DNA of 64,000 nucleotides from Octopus sinensis (GCF_006345805.1 NC_042997.1:180048001-180112000), one strand, 5' to 3'. Shown: positions 41,341-53,499, numbered from the stretch's first letter. Translations and numbers: made by a program. Notes: generated from the sequence alone by a model not told the origin.

Positions 41341-41875
41341 TTAATACACAAATATGAGAGAGAATCCACTATGTGGACGCTCTTACGCTACATATAGATC
41401 CGCAAAGGAACTCAACCACTTAGAGTTGTTCTCAAGAAGAAATTATGAAGAAATATGTTCTCAAACCGGCGTAAACCGCTGCAGTGAATTACTTATGCAG
41501 TATTTATTTCCAGTAATTTGGCGCGCTAGAATGAGGGCATCTGAATGTAACTGTGAATATAATAGGCCGAACTGTTCGTGTCTTTGACCTCGTGTTAATA
41601 TATAGCGTGCACTTCGACAAATTATATTTTATGACGTACTCCGCTGATGATCTGAGGATAATTATGTAAGAAAAATTGAATAATTTATTAACAGTGGAAC
41701 AATTGTATGGGGCTAATCTATATTTTTGTTATTTTTCATTTGTCCTGCTCACTTACGCTCTTAGTGTGCTAAATTTCTTCTTGAGAACAATTCTTAGTGG
41801 TTGAGTCCCTTTGCGGATCTATATCTAGCGTAAGAGCGTCCACGTAGTGGATTCTCTCTCATATTTGTGTATTAA
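41341..41875. mobile_element. MITE-like element with ~104 bp terminal inverted repeats
   Basis: 41341-41444 (TTAATACACAAATATGAGAGAGAATCCACTA...TTCTCAAGAAGAAATT) is the reverse complement of 41772-41875, with about 6 mismatches. Confidence 0.85.
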
Positions 41876-42037
41876 TAATATTTACTGAATATTAGTCTTT
41901 TATACGCTAGACCACTGGTGTTTAAATTGATGTTATTTAATTAATATCCACTTTTTTCAGCCTCATTTTGACTTTAATTATATAATATACATATGTGTGT
42001 GTGTTTTGTGTATTTACATGTATATATATATATATAT

Positions 42038-42086
<49 letters not shown>

Positions 42087-42089
42087 ATC

Positions 42090-42135
<46 letters not shown>

Positions 42136-42605
42136 ATATATATATATATATATATAAATGTATATTTATATGAAAGGGGCTGGTGACACTTTTCATTCAC
42201 ACTTTGAATTTGGTGATGCTAGTTGCGGATTCTAGCTCGCTCTGATACTGAGTTGAGTTGGTACCTTCTAGTATCTCAAAATTCAATATATAATCATTTA
42301 TGATTATAGTATTCTACGCTGAAGAGAAAAGAAGTTTGGGTAAGGTAGAATTATTTAATATTTAATTCTTATGCTTTCCTAAAAACTTGATTTCGAAACG
42401 TGCGTCCGTAGATAACTTAAAATTGTATGATAGATTGCCGTCAATTCATTCTCTCTTACCTGTTTGTGTCTGCCTTCCAATTGCTGTGTTTTTACTGAGA
42501 TCCCCCTTTTTAGTAGAAGAAATAGCTATAACTCTTTGACTGCTATTTCTAAATTCGGTCTGTGGTAAGGCAATTCGTTGCTAAACCCTTTATGCTTAGT
42601 ATATA

Positions 42606-42638
<33 letters not shown>

Positions 42639-42650
42639 ATATATAGACTT

Positions 42651-42771
42651 TATTTTAAGCAGCAGAAAATTCAACAAAATCTGTTACTCTGAGTTGCAAA
42701 AAAACTGTCTGATGAACGCAACGAGAAACTCAGAGTAACAGATTTTGTTAAATTTTTTGCTGCTTAAAATA
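42651..42771. repeat. Hairpin: 45 bp inverted arms around a 31 bp loop containing CTGATGA...GAAAC
   Basis: TATTTTAAGCAGCAGAAAATTCAACAAAATCTGTTACTCTGAGTT at 42651-42695 pairs with 42727-42771. Confidence 0.85.
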
Positions 42772-42853
42772 AAGCATATTACTCTACCACTGGTATTTGA
42801 GTACTCTTTTTTCCACCTTGTTTCACATTTATGTGTTTACTCCGGTATATATA

Positions 42854-42909
<56 letters not shown>

Positions 42910-42934
42910 GACACCATGATAGATAGTTACCCAC

Positions 42935-43106
42935 TACAGACATTTTTTCTCTCCCTGTTTCTCCCCTTGTTTTATGTGTTCCTTTCCGTAGAAGAGCGTA
43001 GGCTCGAAACGTAAAAGACTTTTTCTATTCCTGAGCGTTATACTAATACATCTGTGTGTTTTGTACACCACCTGTCTTCGTTTTTTGTTTTTTCGTAAAC
43101 TCTCCC

Positions 43107-43110
<4 letters not shown>
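42935..43110 (+). mobile_element. Diverged relative of the 38445/48150 PLE-terminal-repeat-like family
   Basis: Shares GAAGAGC..GCTCGAAACGT..TTTTC..TTCCTGAGCGT..TAATAC with the minus strand of 48150-48300, and is flanked by TA tracts. Confidence 0.65.
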
Positions 43111-43188
<78 letters not shown>

Positions 43189-43724
43189 ACATGTATTTTT
43201 ATTTTTGCAGTTTTTTGTTTGTCTATGCCAGAAAAAAGGCTTTTTCGTTCGTCCTCTTGTGTTGTTTTTGTACATGTATTTTAATTTTGCAGTCTTATTG
43301 TTACGTCTTGTTTGTGTTCGTACTCATTGTGCCCCGCTGCTTGAAATTTTATTTTAATTCTCTCGCAGGAAGCCTATTGGATTAGTGTTCTGTTATGCCT
43401 TCGAAACATGCCTGACTCCTCTAGCGACAGCTGATGACGGGGGTTTTGTCCTTGTGTAACCTGTCCGTATTTGGTTTTCGTTTTCCGTTTTCTTGTTTTT
43501 TGTTTTTTGGCTTTTTCTGTTTCTACGTCTTATTGTGATGTCCTGTACTTCCGTATAATTATTTATATATGCATGTATATATACATGTAGATGTAGGTAC
43601 GTACATATATGTTTGTATGTATGCATATATTTTATTTATCTCCTATATATATATATATACAAGTATAGATATATTCATTTATATTTATATACATACATAT
43701 ATGTGTGTGTATATATATATATAT

Positions 43725-43793
<69 letters not shown>

Positions 43794-43889
43794 TGTATTT
43801 ATATGTGCATATATATATATATGTACATGTATACATATATATGTCCGTATATATACATGTGTGTGTTTGCGTGTGTGCGTGTGTATGTG

Positions 43890-44030
43890 TGTGTACCCTC
43901 GCCATCGCCTGACAGCCGATGCTGCTGTATTTACATCCCTGTAACTTAGCCGTTTAGGAAAACACACCGATAGACTAAGTACTAGGCTTACAAAGAATAA
44001 ATCCTGGGGTGGACTTCTTGGACTATAGGT
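43890..44030 (+). mobile_element. 3' half of the tRNA-derived SINE
   Basis: CCATCGCCTGACAGCCGATGCTG...CCGATAGACTAAGTACTAGGCTTACAAAGAATAAATCCTGGGG is homologous to 7230-7345. Confidence 0.75.
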
Positions 44031-44659
44031 GTTGAGTAAGTGTTATAGATAGACCATTGTTAAGTTCCAAGTGCATTGATTTGCGAATATGGGGTTCAAC
44101 GTTGGCCATATGTCAGCGAATGTATATAAATGAAGGATAATGCACACAATTTGTATATTTCCAATATATTTTAAGTGATAGAATATTATGGTTTTCTACC
44201 GATTACGCAATTCACAAATCATGATATTGAAATTGATGAAAATTTTGCAGTTTCGTATTTTCTTAAGTAGATTTTAGTCAATTTTGCTTGTATGAAAGTT
44301 TGTTTGTAAATGAACCAACCCGTAGAAATATCACCGATTACATCATCTTAGATCATTCTACGTGATGGTTCATTTAAAATCTCTCGTTGAAGCCAGATGG
44401 ACTAAACAGTCCTTAAGAAAATATGAAAGTGCAATATTTTAAACAGACTAAGTAGCATGATTAGCGAATTGTGAAACTGGCATACTATCATATTATTCTA
44501 TCCTTTAAAATTTATTTGAAATATTAAAAAATGTGTGCATTCCTCTTTTTTTGCTACATATTTTTTCAATACAACTGCCCACGTGAGGAAAGTCTCTTCA
44601 ACAATGTTTTTTTAACTAAACCTCTCTCTCCCCCTCTCTCTCTCTCTCTCTTTCTCTCT

Positions 44660-44703
<44 letters not shown>

Positions 44704-44707
<4 letters not shown>

Positions 44708-45452
44708 TCATCACCATCATCATCATGGCTCGACTTCGCGAACGAAGATCAGGAAGGCTGTCCACGTCGCGTGCATGCACGCTCATAACTGACAAGTCCG
44801 ATATGGGAAAGACAGGCGTGTAAGCAGTGTCCACAGATGATGGTAACATCCGGTCTTGTGTCAGAGGCGGCTCGCGCCTTCCTCCTGCGTCTCTTGTCTT
44901 TCAGTGCGTCTCTTCTTTGCTCCTCAAACTTGCTGGCTGCGTTGAAGATCGTGTGGCGCCAGACATCACAGTCCGCAGCCAGGTCTGACCAGCATTGGTG
45001 GTTAATTTGACATGCTGTTAAAGAATTCTTGAGGCAGTTTTTGTAGCACTTCCTCGAAGCTCCTCTCACTCGGTGGCCGGTGGAAAGTTCACCAAACAGG
45101 GCAATCTTAGGAAGGCGATGGCTCTCCATTCTGGAGACATGCCCTGCCCATCGGAGGTGGTACTTAAGTAGCATGGCTTCAATGCTGGGGATCTCGACCC
45201 GCTCCAAGAGTTTAATGTTTGTGACGAAGTCACTCCAGTGACTGTTGAGGATGGTGCGGAGACATCGCTAGTGGAAGCGCTCGAGGAGACAGATGTGACT
45301 GCGGTAAGTGATCCAGGTCTCAATCTCTGAGCCGTAGCGAAGAGTGGTGAAAAATCACGGCCCTGTAGATACTGATCTTTGTTTTGTTCTTCGGGTTATT
45401 ATTGTGCCAAACACGTTTGTACAATCTGCCAAAGGACTTATTTGCCTTAGAG
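44704..45452 (-). mobile_element. 5'-truncated RTE (BovB-like) LINE with an (ATG)n-type tail
   Basis: ORF 44749-45207 reads PSIEAMLLKYHLRWAGHVSRMESHRLPKIALFGEL..GHR.RG...CGHCLHACLSHIGLVS, i.e. the RTE C-terminus plus a Zn-finger-like motif. Upstream frameshifted RT residues run to about 45450, and the minus-strand tail is ATGATGATGATGGTGATGA. Confidence 0.9.
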
Positions 45453-45470
45453 AGTCTATATATATACATA

Positions 45471-45983
45471 CTAGCAGTATCGCCCGGCGTTGCTCGGGTT
45501 TGTAAGGGAAATAACTATATAAGCATTTTTAGAGAGTTACTTCCCTTATAGATGCCAATTCGGGCTTTCTTAGCCATTTCTGTTTTGGTGTCTTCAAGCC
45601 ATGAAGTCGTTGTTCTAAAATAACGCTGGTCTCCTTGACAACGCTTTACGACGTTGATTTCCTTACACTCCCTTCCCCACAGCTTCACGAGGGAGGGAAG
45701 AAGGGGGAGAAGCAAACAGGTGCAGGTATGACCATGGACGCCAACTCCGCCACCATCGACACATGAAAAATTATGCATTAAAATGGAATAAAAAATGATG
45801 TTAAATTATTTTTAAAATCGTAGACTCATCGTAGACGCGCGCTAATACTCAGACGGGCTCGATATGAATCACGACTATGAGATACCCGAATTTGGTTAAA
45901 CTGCACCGCAAAATGTGGGAGTAGTTAGGAATCTAAATCGAAGGGGACAGACACTCACACAACTACAGTTTTATATATATAGA
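45471..45983 (-). mobile_element. Non-autonomous Helitron, family A, with a GC-rich internal module and both termini intact
   Basis: Minus strand A|TCTATATATATAAAACTGTAG ... CCCGAGCAACGCCGGGCGATACTG-CTAG|T. Confidence 0.88.
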
Positions 45984-46374
45984 TATACTTTTATTCTTTT
46001 GCTTGCTTTAATCATTTCACTACTGCCATCCTGGAACACCACCTTCAACAATAAACTTATGTTGTATAGAATTATAAAATAAGTTTTGAAGATGACCAAG
46101 TCTTCATGTTCTATATCCTTATGGTTATTGTGAATATATACTCCACACAATATTAATGTCCAGAGAAGCGATCACGGAATTAGGCATCGGTGGAATTTAC
46201 AGAGTAACTGACAACTAATTGTTGTCATAGACATTGAATACTGATCAATGCGTTTAGCCATGATCTGGAACATAACCGAGCTACCACCATATCCGCCTGG
46301 GTGATACATCTCTCTAAACTCACATTTATAAATATTTATATATATATTTATATATATTTTTCATTTTCATTTTT

Positions 46375-46700
46375 AGCCGAATGAATCGATCACTGTACAT
46401 ATTTTTTAAACGGCTGGTACTTATTATATATATCTCCTTTTCCAAACCGCTATGTTACAGGAATGTAAACATAAAAAACACCGGTTATCAAATGATGAAT
46501 GGGGAGGTTGACAAACACAGACACACACACCCAAATATATATACGAAAGTCTTATTTCAGTTTCCGCCTCTAAATCCACTCACAAAACCATGGTCCACTC
46601 GAGGCCATAATAGAAGACAATTGTCCAAGTTGACCTGCAGTGAGACTGAACCCGGAACCATGTAGTTGGGAAGCAAGCATCTCACCACACTACCAATATG
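46375..46700 (-). mobile_element. tRNA-derived SINE, near full length, decayed
   Basis: The reverse complement contains GTGTGGTGAGATGCTTGCTTCCCAACTACATGGTTCCGGGTTCAGTCTCACTGC and the downstream body homologous to 7024-7407. Confidence 0.8.
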
Positions 46701-47786
46701 TATGTAACAGCCACGTGTGTATATATACAAACATTTGTTTTTTAAAAGCGTCGAACTTGTATATTGAATTAGAGACAAAAAAAGTAATATTTCGAACACA
46801 GTATCTTTGTTAAAACAGCAAGAAAATTTAGTATTATTACCCTTACAGGGTGTGAAAAGTTGTCAACAAACATCGTTACATTTATATAGGAGACCGAACT
46901 AAAATAACTCACTATCATATGTTACTGTATCGAACAGTGACAAGTATTTAAACAAAAATAAAAGAAAAAGCAGTAAAATCATATTAAATACAATACAATA
47001 GGCTACCTTCATTTACTGAAATTGTCAGTTTTCTAGAAGGGTAGAAAACGATGTGTCCCGCGGAGCTAAAGGGGCTATAGTAGGAGATATTTGTCCAAAG
47101 TGATACGCGGCTTGATTGATTTTGAAAATACACGACGGTGACACAAACTTTTCACCCTCACAATAATGGCTGTGCCCAAACACACACACACACACACACT
47201 CACACACACACACACACACACATACACACACACACACACAGCTATATATTGCATAACGGTTTGTTTTGATTATTTTTTGGATTAACCAATACGGAGTAAA
47301 TAATTCTATGAATAAACAATTAAAGTATGTTGCTATTTAATTAACGAAAAACATAATCGTTTGTTGTTTTGGAGTGAAATTATATTCTCTTTCTTTTTCG
47401 TATTTCTGAGTTTAGTTTTTCTCGGTATTTCAAATCTACTTTAATTGCTATTTCTAGATTTTAAAACTAATATTGCAGCAATTAAATAATTACTTCAGGA
47501 TGAAAAAGAAGTATGATTTTTTTAATGGAATTTTAGATGTAAACCACTCTAATCGAGGTAGGATGAAATAAATTGGTATTAATAAACCAAATCACTATTT
47601 AAATAGTGTGTTTTTTTTAGTGATAGTGATGCAGTAATATATGCATAAGTACTTATGTATATGTTTGTATGTTGAATATAAGTATATGTCTGTTTGTTTG
47701 TCTGTCTGTCTCTCTATATCTATGTGCTTGCGTGCGTATGTGTGTATTTGAGTGTGTATGTACATATATGAACATGTATATACATA

Positions 47787-47875
<89 letters not shown>

Positions 47876-47914
47876 CATATATATATATATATGTATGTGT
47901 GTTCCTTTTTCTTT

Positions 47915-48099
47915 TATTTGTTTCTGCCAATTGACTGCAGCCATGCTGGAGCACAGCCTATAGTCGAACAAATCGACTCCAGGACTTATTCTTTATAAGC
48001 CTATTACTTATTCTATCGGTCTCTTTTGCCGAACCGGCCACAACGGTTGTCAAGCGATGGTAGGGGACAAACACAGAGACACAAAATACACACAGAGAA

Positions 48100-48110
<11 letters not shown>
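47915..48110 (-). mobile_element. 3' half of the tRNA-derived SINE
   Basis: The reverse complement includes CATCGCTTGACAACCG...GGTTCGGCAAAAGAGACCGATAGAATAAGT...CCAGCATGGCTGCAGTCAA. Confidence 0.8.
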
Positions 48111-48140
<30 letters not shown>

Positions 48141-48149
48141 ATCCAAACA

Positions 48150-48296
48150 TGAAAACACAACAACACGAGGACGTGGAACAAGTATAGTATTATTGGACGC
48201 TCAGGAAAGAAAGAAAAAGGCGGGTTTAACGTTTCGAGCGGAGCTCTTCGTCAGAAACATAGGAAAAGGAAAGATCCAAAGAAGGGAAGACGGAGG

Positions 48297-48300
<4 letters not shown>
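48150..48300 (-). mobile_element. Short PLE-terminal-repeat-like element between TA microsatellites
   Basis: Homologous to 38445-38600, and contains the hammerhead-like motif at 48224-48258. Confidence 0.7.
48224..48258 (-). ncRNA. Putative minimal type I hammerhead ribozyme
   Basis: Minus strand GTTT-CTGACGA-A-GAGC-TCC-GCTC-GAAAC-GTT-AAAC gives stem I GUUU/AAAC, core CUGANGA, stem II GAGC/GCUC, GAAA, palindromic stem III ACGU, and cleavage triplet GUU. Activity was not tested. Confidence 0.6.
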
Positions 48301-48354
<54 letters not shown>

Positions 48355-48713
48355 CCACACACATAATATCTACATAGGTGTGTGAATGAGTGTATCTTTC
48401 TGGTTGTCCCTCGCCACTGACCGATTCACAACCAGTATAGATGACTTAGGGTTTCATCAAAAGAAATGACAGAATAAGTACAAAGTTTTTAAAAAAATTA
48501 ATATACTGGACTCTAGTCGTTCAACTAATGAGGGTGAGCAACGTGGCGCCAGGCTAATGGCGGAAACATGTCAAAAAGGAGTAAAAAATATATATTTATC
48601 ATAACAATTAATTTTCTAGAAAAATTGTTCTCACAGCACATCGCATGCAACCATGACGAACAGTATGTAAATATCATGCTCAAAAATCTGTTTAGGATAT
48701 GACCAATATTCCA

Positions 48714-48764
<51 letters not shown>

Positions 48765-48775
48765 ATATATATATA

Positions 48776-49836
48776 CTAGCTGAAGGTGACCCGCTCTACG
48801 CGCGGGTAAGAGTGTGGGTGTTACTTTCTGTTGCTTCCTTTCAGCACGTAAAAAGCACCATCCGAACGTGGCCGATTGCAGCAACGCCTTGACTTGCTTC
48901 TGTGCTGGTGGCACGTAAAAAGCACCAACCGATCGTTGCCACTGCGAGCCCCCCTGGCACCAGTGCCGTCGGCACGAAAAAAGCACTCACTACACTCACA
49001 GTGTGGTTGGCGTTAGGAAGGTCATCCACTTGTAGAAACACTGCCAGATCAGACTGGAGCCTGGTGCAGCCTCCTGGCTTCCGAGACCCGGTCACACTGC
49101 CCAACCCGTGCTAGCACGGAAAACGGACGTTAAACGATGATGATGATGATGATTCTCCGTATTTGTTTCTCTCTCCTTTCTCTCTCACTTTCCAACTCTC
49201 TTACTTTTCTTTTCTCTCTGACTCTCCCTCGCTTTCTCTTACTCTCTATCTTTATCTATCTGTCTCCCATTTATAAACAACAGAAGATCTTGAGTAAGTT
49301 GAGAAATAAAATATTTAGAAAGATCAATCAGAAATTTGAGGCAGTGGCAATGGAAAGTTCTGCTTCAAGGCAGACAGCAAAACGCTAACATTCAAAAGGG
49401 ACAGACGAACTTGCGAGCTGAATAAAAATAATAAAATATTGGAAACCAAAGTTTGAAGGGATAGAATCTGAGGATAGTAGAGTCACCATGGCTGGCATTT
49501 GTTAACGACGGACAGCAACGTAGTGACAGTTTAACGGCTGGCGTAAAATTTTGAACTTGATGTAAAAGAAAATTCGTAAACACCAAGTTTTGAAGTGATT
49601 CTTTCTCACGACAGTAGACTCACCATGGCAAGCATTCAAAACTTCTTTATCATGGACGGCAACACATTGACGATTAAAAGGCTGGCGCAAATTTTTTAGC
49701 TTGATGCAACAGAGAATTCCTAAACACCCGCTCTTTGAAATTTTAATCCCCTTCCAGCCCCATTTAGACCCCTTTTCACATTTTGGTTAATATAACCCGA
49801 TTTCATTCGGGTGTACTGGGGCCACATTTTATAAGA
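48776..49836 (-). mobile_element. Non-autonomous Helitron, family B, interrupted by a SINE
   Basis: The minus-strand 3' end is CCCGCGCGTAGAGCGGG-TCACCTTCAG-CTAG|T and the 5' end is A|TCTTATAAAATG. Homology to 3614-3860 resumes at about 49152, after the inserted SINE. Confidence 0.75.
48842..49151 (+). mobile_element. SINE or LINE-partner fragment with a (GAT)n tail, nested in a Helitron
   Basis: Repeated GCACG(T/A)AAAAAGCAC motifs, then GGTTGGCGTTAGGAAGG, ending GGACGTTAAACGATGATGATGATGAT. It interrupts the collinear Helitron B sequence. Confidence 0.7.
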
Positions 49837-49984
49837 TGAGGAATTTTGTCCTAGAGGTGACGCCTTTCATTTGAGGAACAAAATAGTTGTGATGCAAACT
49901 TGTCAGCACCTTTAACATAGGTGTGCATATTTTCAGGTGAATCGACAGACTACGTAATGCACACATTATATATATATATGTGTG

Positions 49985-50029
<45 letters not shown>

Positions 50030-50171
50030 ACGCATTATATATACAAATGTATACAAATGAGATATATATCTGTTTAAATTAAATTAGAGATAAAACCACT
50101 AATAGGCAAATCAAACAGTGAAAAACCAAAAACAAAAACATAAAAAAAGAAAATATAACATAGAAAATATA

Positions 50172-51683
50172 ACTATATATATAAACTGTAGTTGTGTGAG
50201 TGTCTGTCCCCTTCGATTTAGATTCCTAACTACTCCCAAATTTTGCGGTGCAGTTTAACCAAATTCGGGTATCTTATAGTCGTGATTCATATCGAGCCCG
50301 TCTGGGTATTAGCGCGCGTGTACGATGAGTGTACGATTTTTAAAACATTTAAATCATTTTTTAATTCCATTTTAATGCATATTTTTTCGTGTTTCGATGG
50401 CGGCGGAGTTGGCGTCCACGCTCACCCTGCACCTGTGTTGCTTCTCCCCCTTCCTTCCCTCCCGTGAAGCTGTGGGGAAGGAGTGTAAGGGAATCAACGT
50501 CGTAATGCGTTGTGAAGGAGACCAGCGTTCTTTTAGAACAACGACTTCATGGCTTCAAGACACCAAACAGAAATCCCTAAAAAAGCTGAAACAGATCCAC
50601 AAAAACGGCAAAAACCGTCACACAGGGCAGGTTTCATGTGCAAACAATTTGCACAACCGAATGTTTTAGTTGTTGCACAAACCTTATATATAAAAGTAAG
50701 GTTGTGTGTCTGTCTGCTATGATTTAGATTCCTAACTCTCCCACATTTTGCGGTGCAGTGTAACCAAAACGGGTATCTTATAGTCGTGATTCATATCGAT
50801 CCCTTCTGGGTATTAGCGCGCGTGTAATGAGTGTACGATTTAAAAAAAAATTAACATCATTTTTTATTCCATTTTAATGCATATTTTTTCGTGTGTCGAT
50901 GGCGGCGGAGTTGGCGTCCACGCTCACGCCTGCACCTGTGTTGCTTCTCCCCCTTCTCCCCTCCCTCGTGAAGCTGTGGGGAAGGGAGTGTAAGGAAATC
51001 AATGTCGTAATGCGTTGTCAAGGAGACCAGCGTTATTTTAGAACAACGACTTCATGGCTTGAAGTCGCCAAAACAGAAATCCCTAAAAAAGCTGAAACAG
51101 ATCCACAAAAACGGCAAAAACCGTCACACAGGGCAGGTTTCATGTGCAAACAATTTGCACAACCGAATGTTTTAGTTGTTGCACAAATCTTTATATAAAA
51201 GTAAGGTTGTGTGTTTGTCTGCTACGATTAGATCCTAACTACTCCCACATTTTGCGGTGCAGTGAAACCAAAACCGGGTATCTTATAGTCGTGATTCATA
51301 TCGATCCCTTCTGGGTATTAGCGCGCGTCTACGATGAGTCTACGATTAAAAAAAAATTTACCATCATTTTTTATTCCATTTTAATGCATTTTTCGCTATT
51401 ATATAAGGGAAGTAACTCTCTAAAAATGTCTACGATGAGTCAACGATTAAAAAAAAATTACCATCATTTTTTTATTCCATTTTAATGCATTTTTCGCTAT
51501 TATATAAGGGAAGTAACTCTCTAAAAATGTCTACGATGAGTCAACGATTTAAAAAAGAAATTACTATAATTTTTTATTCCATCTTTAATGCATTTTTTGC
51601 AATTTTTTTTGCTATAACTCACTAAAAATGCTTATATAGTTATTTCCCTTACAAACCCGAGCAACGCCGGGCGATACTGCTAG
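50172..51683 (+). mobile_element. Head-to-tail trimer of family A Helitron (units start about 50172, 50682 and 51188)
   Basis: Three 5' ends of the (TC)TTATATATAAAA type fall at ~505 bp spacing. A single canonical hairpin plus CTAG|T ends the array at 51683. The last unit carries three ~100 bp internal tandem repeats (about 51325-51600). Confidence 0.88.
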
Positions 51684-51829
51684 TAAAATATAAAATTGAA
51701 AACTTTAAATTATTTAAATTGAAAATAAAATTATGAAATTATATTTATAATTTGTTTAAAAATATATATAACTATGAAAAAGTATGAAAAAGTTTAATAT
51801 ACATAAATACAGATATATACACTTTGTAT

Positions 51830-52022
51830 ATATACATTATATATACATATTTATATATAGAACACACACACACACATACATTATATATACATATTTATAT
51901 ATAGAACACACACACACACTACATATATTACATATTTATATATAGAACACACACACACACATACATTTATATACATATTTATATATAGAACACACACACA
52001 ACACACACATACATATATATAC

Positions 52023-52058
<36 letters not shown>

Positions 52059-52080
52059 GAACACACACACACACACACAT
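51830..52080. repeat. Higher-order minisatellite of ~40-45 bp units built from TA and CA runs
   Basis: Repeated TATATACATATTTATATATAGAACACACACAC-type units. Confidence 0.85.
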
Positions 52081-52149
52081 ATAAATGAACGCAAGAATAT
52101 CTGATTCATAATATTTGTTCTCATGCTCGTGTGTTGATTGTTGGTGACA

Positions 52150-52500
52150 GACATATACTTAAAAGAACGCCGCCGAAGTGATAGGAAGGTAGGAAACAGA
52201 GTCAGTGAAAAAGAAAGAAAATAGCGATAGTGACAGATACTTTAAATAACCGTAGTGGACTTCTGAAAGTTATGAAGAGGAGTAAGAGAGGGAAAGGAGG
52301 AAATAGGGTGAGGTAGGAAGATGGCCCCTAGCAACCACACCTGTTAAGATAGGGATTTCTAAGGTAGCCCACGCGCATCGTCACCTCATTCTACATGTCC
52401 CTGTAAATTTTGGAGCGAATCGGACGGGATGTAGTGGCATTGAAAGCGAACCAAGCGGTAAAAACGCAATTCAGTTTTATATATATATATATATATATAT
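52150..52500 (-). mobile_element. 5' fragment related to Helitron family B
   Basis: CCCTAGCAACCACACC..TTAAGAT..GGATTTCTAA..TAGCCCAC...CATGTCCCTGTAAATTTTG matches about 4322-4410. It ends in TTCAGTTTTATATATA, a Helitron-like 5' end on the minus strand. Confidence 0.55.
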
Positions 52501-53157
52501 ATGCCTGTTTGTATGTGTGTATGCGTTTGTGTGTGTATGTTTGTGCGCGTGTGTGTTGTGTGTGTGTGCGTGAGTCAGTGTGCGTGTGCATATGCGAGTG
52601 TTTGTGCATATGTGCGTGAGTGTGCCCATGTATGTAAATGCATGTATGTATGTATGTATGTATGTATGCATGTATATATGTATGTGCAGTCATGTATGCA
52701 CGTGAGTATATATGATAGAAGTAGAGAAGTTTACCTCGCAGTAGAAGAACGTAGAGTTTGATATTTGTTCATATATCCGAGCAAAATTTGATAAAGGTAG
52801 CTCTTGCACATGTACCAGGACCAGATTGCATCCTGATATCGCTGAATTGTTTAAAAATTGCTAGTAAGCCCTGTAGTTGTTTGTCAATTTTCGCAAAGAG
52901 CTATTATGGCTAGACAAAAGAGGAGTGGTGATAGAGACTCAACCTGGAAAATGCCAAATGAAATTCTTACATCTCCAGCATTGAAATATTCATTGTGACT
53001 GTTAAAAGCATATTGTTAAAATCATATTGCGTAAACTACTGTCTCTTTGAGGTCCTTGTTGTGGCTTGGCAGACAGTATAAACCCCGTTAGACACAATAT
53101 CTTCAATAACCAGCATCACCATATTGGAAACTGCGCGATGTTTTCAATAAAAATTAA

Positions 53158-53216
<59 letters not shown>

Positions 53217-53389
53217 AGCGGAAAAGTAATGGACGAAAGGAGAAGGCAAAAATCCTCTGGGACATTGATTTCCAGATAAAGTGCAGGCTGTTACAGGGAA
53301 TACTTGTTTTCTAACTAGCATACTGTTCTTACTCAGTGCACACAAGTTCTCGGCTATTCCAGACATTATTATTATTATCATTATTATTA

Positions 53390-53480
<91 letters not shown>
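53158..53480. repeat. (TAA)n, (TAT)n and (TAG)n trinucleotide microsatellites enclosing a short R4/Dong-like scrap
   Basis: The tracts are directly visible. 53215-53280 encodes KAKILWDIDFQ (cf. KILWDFxIQTD of R4/Dong elements). Confidence 0.7.
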
Positions 53481-53499
53481 AAGCTGTATTATTTAGCAG

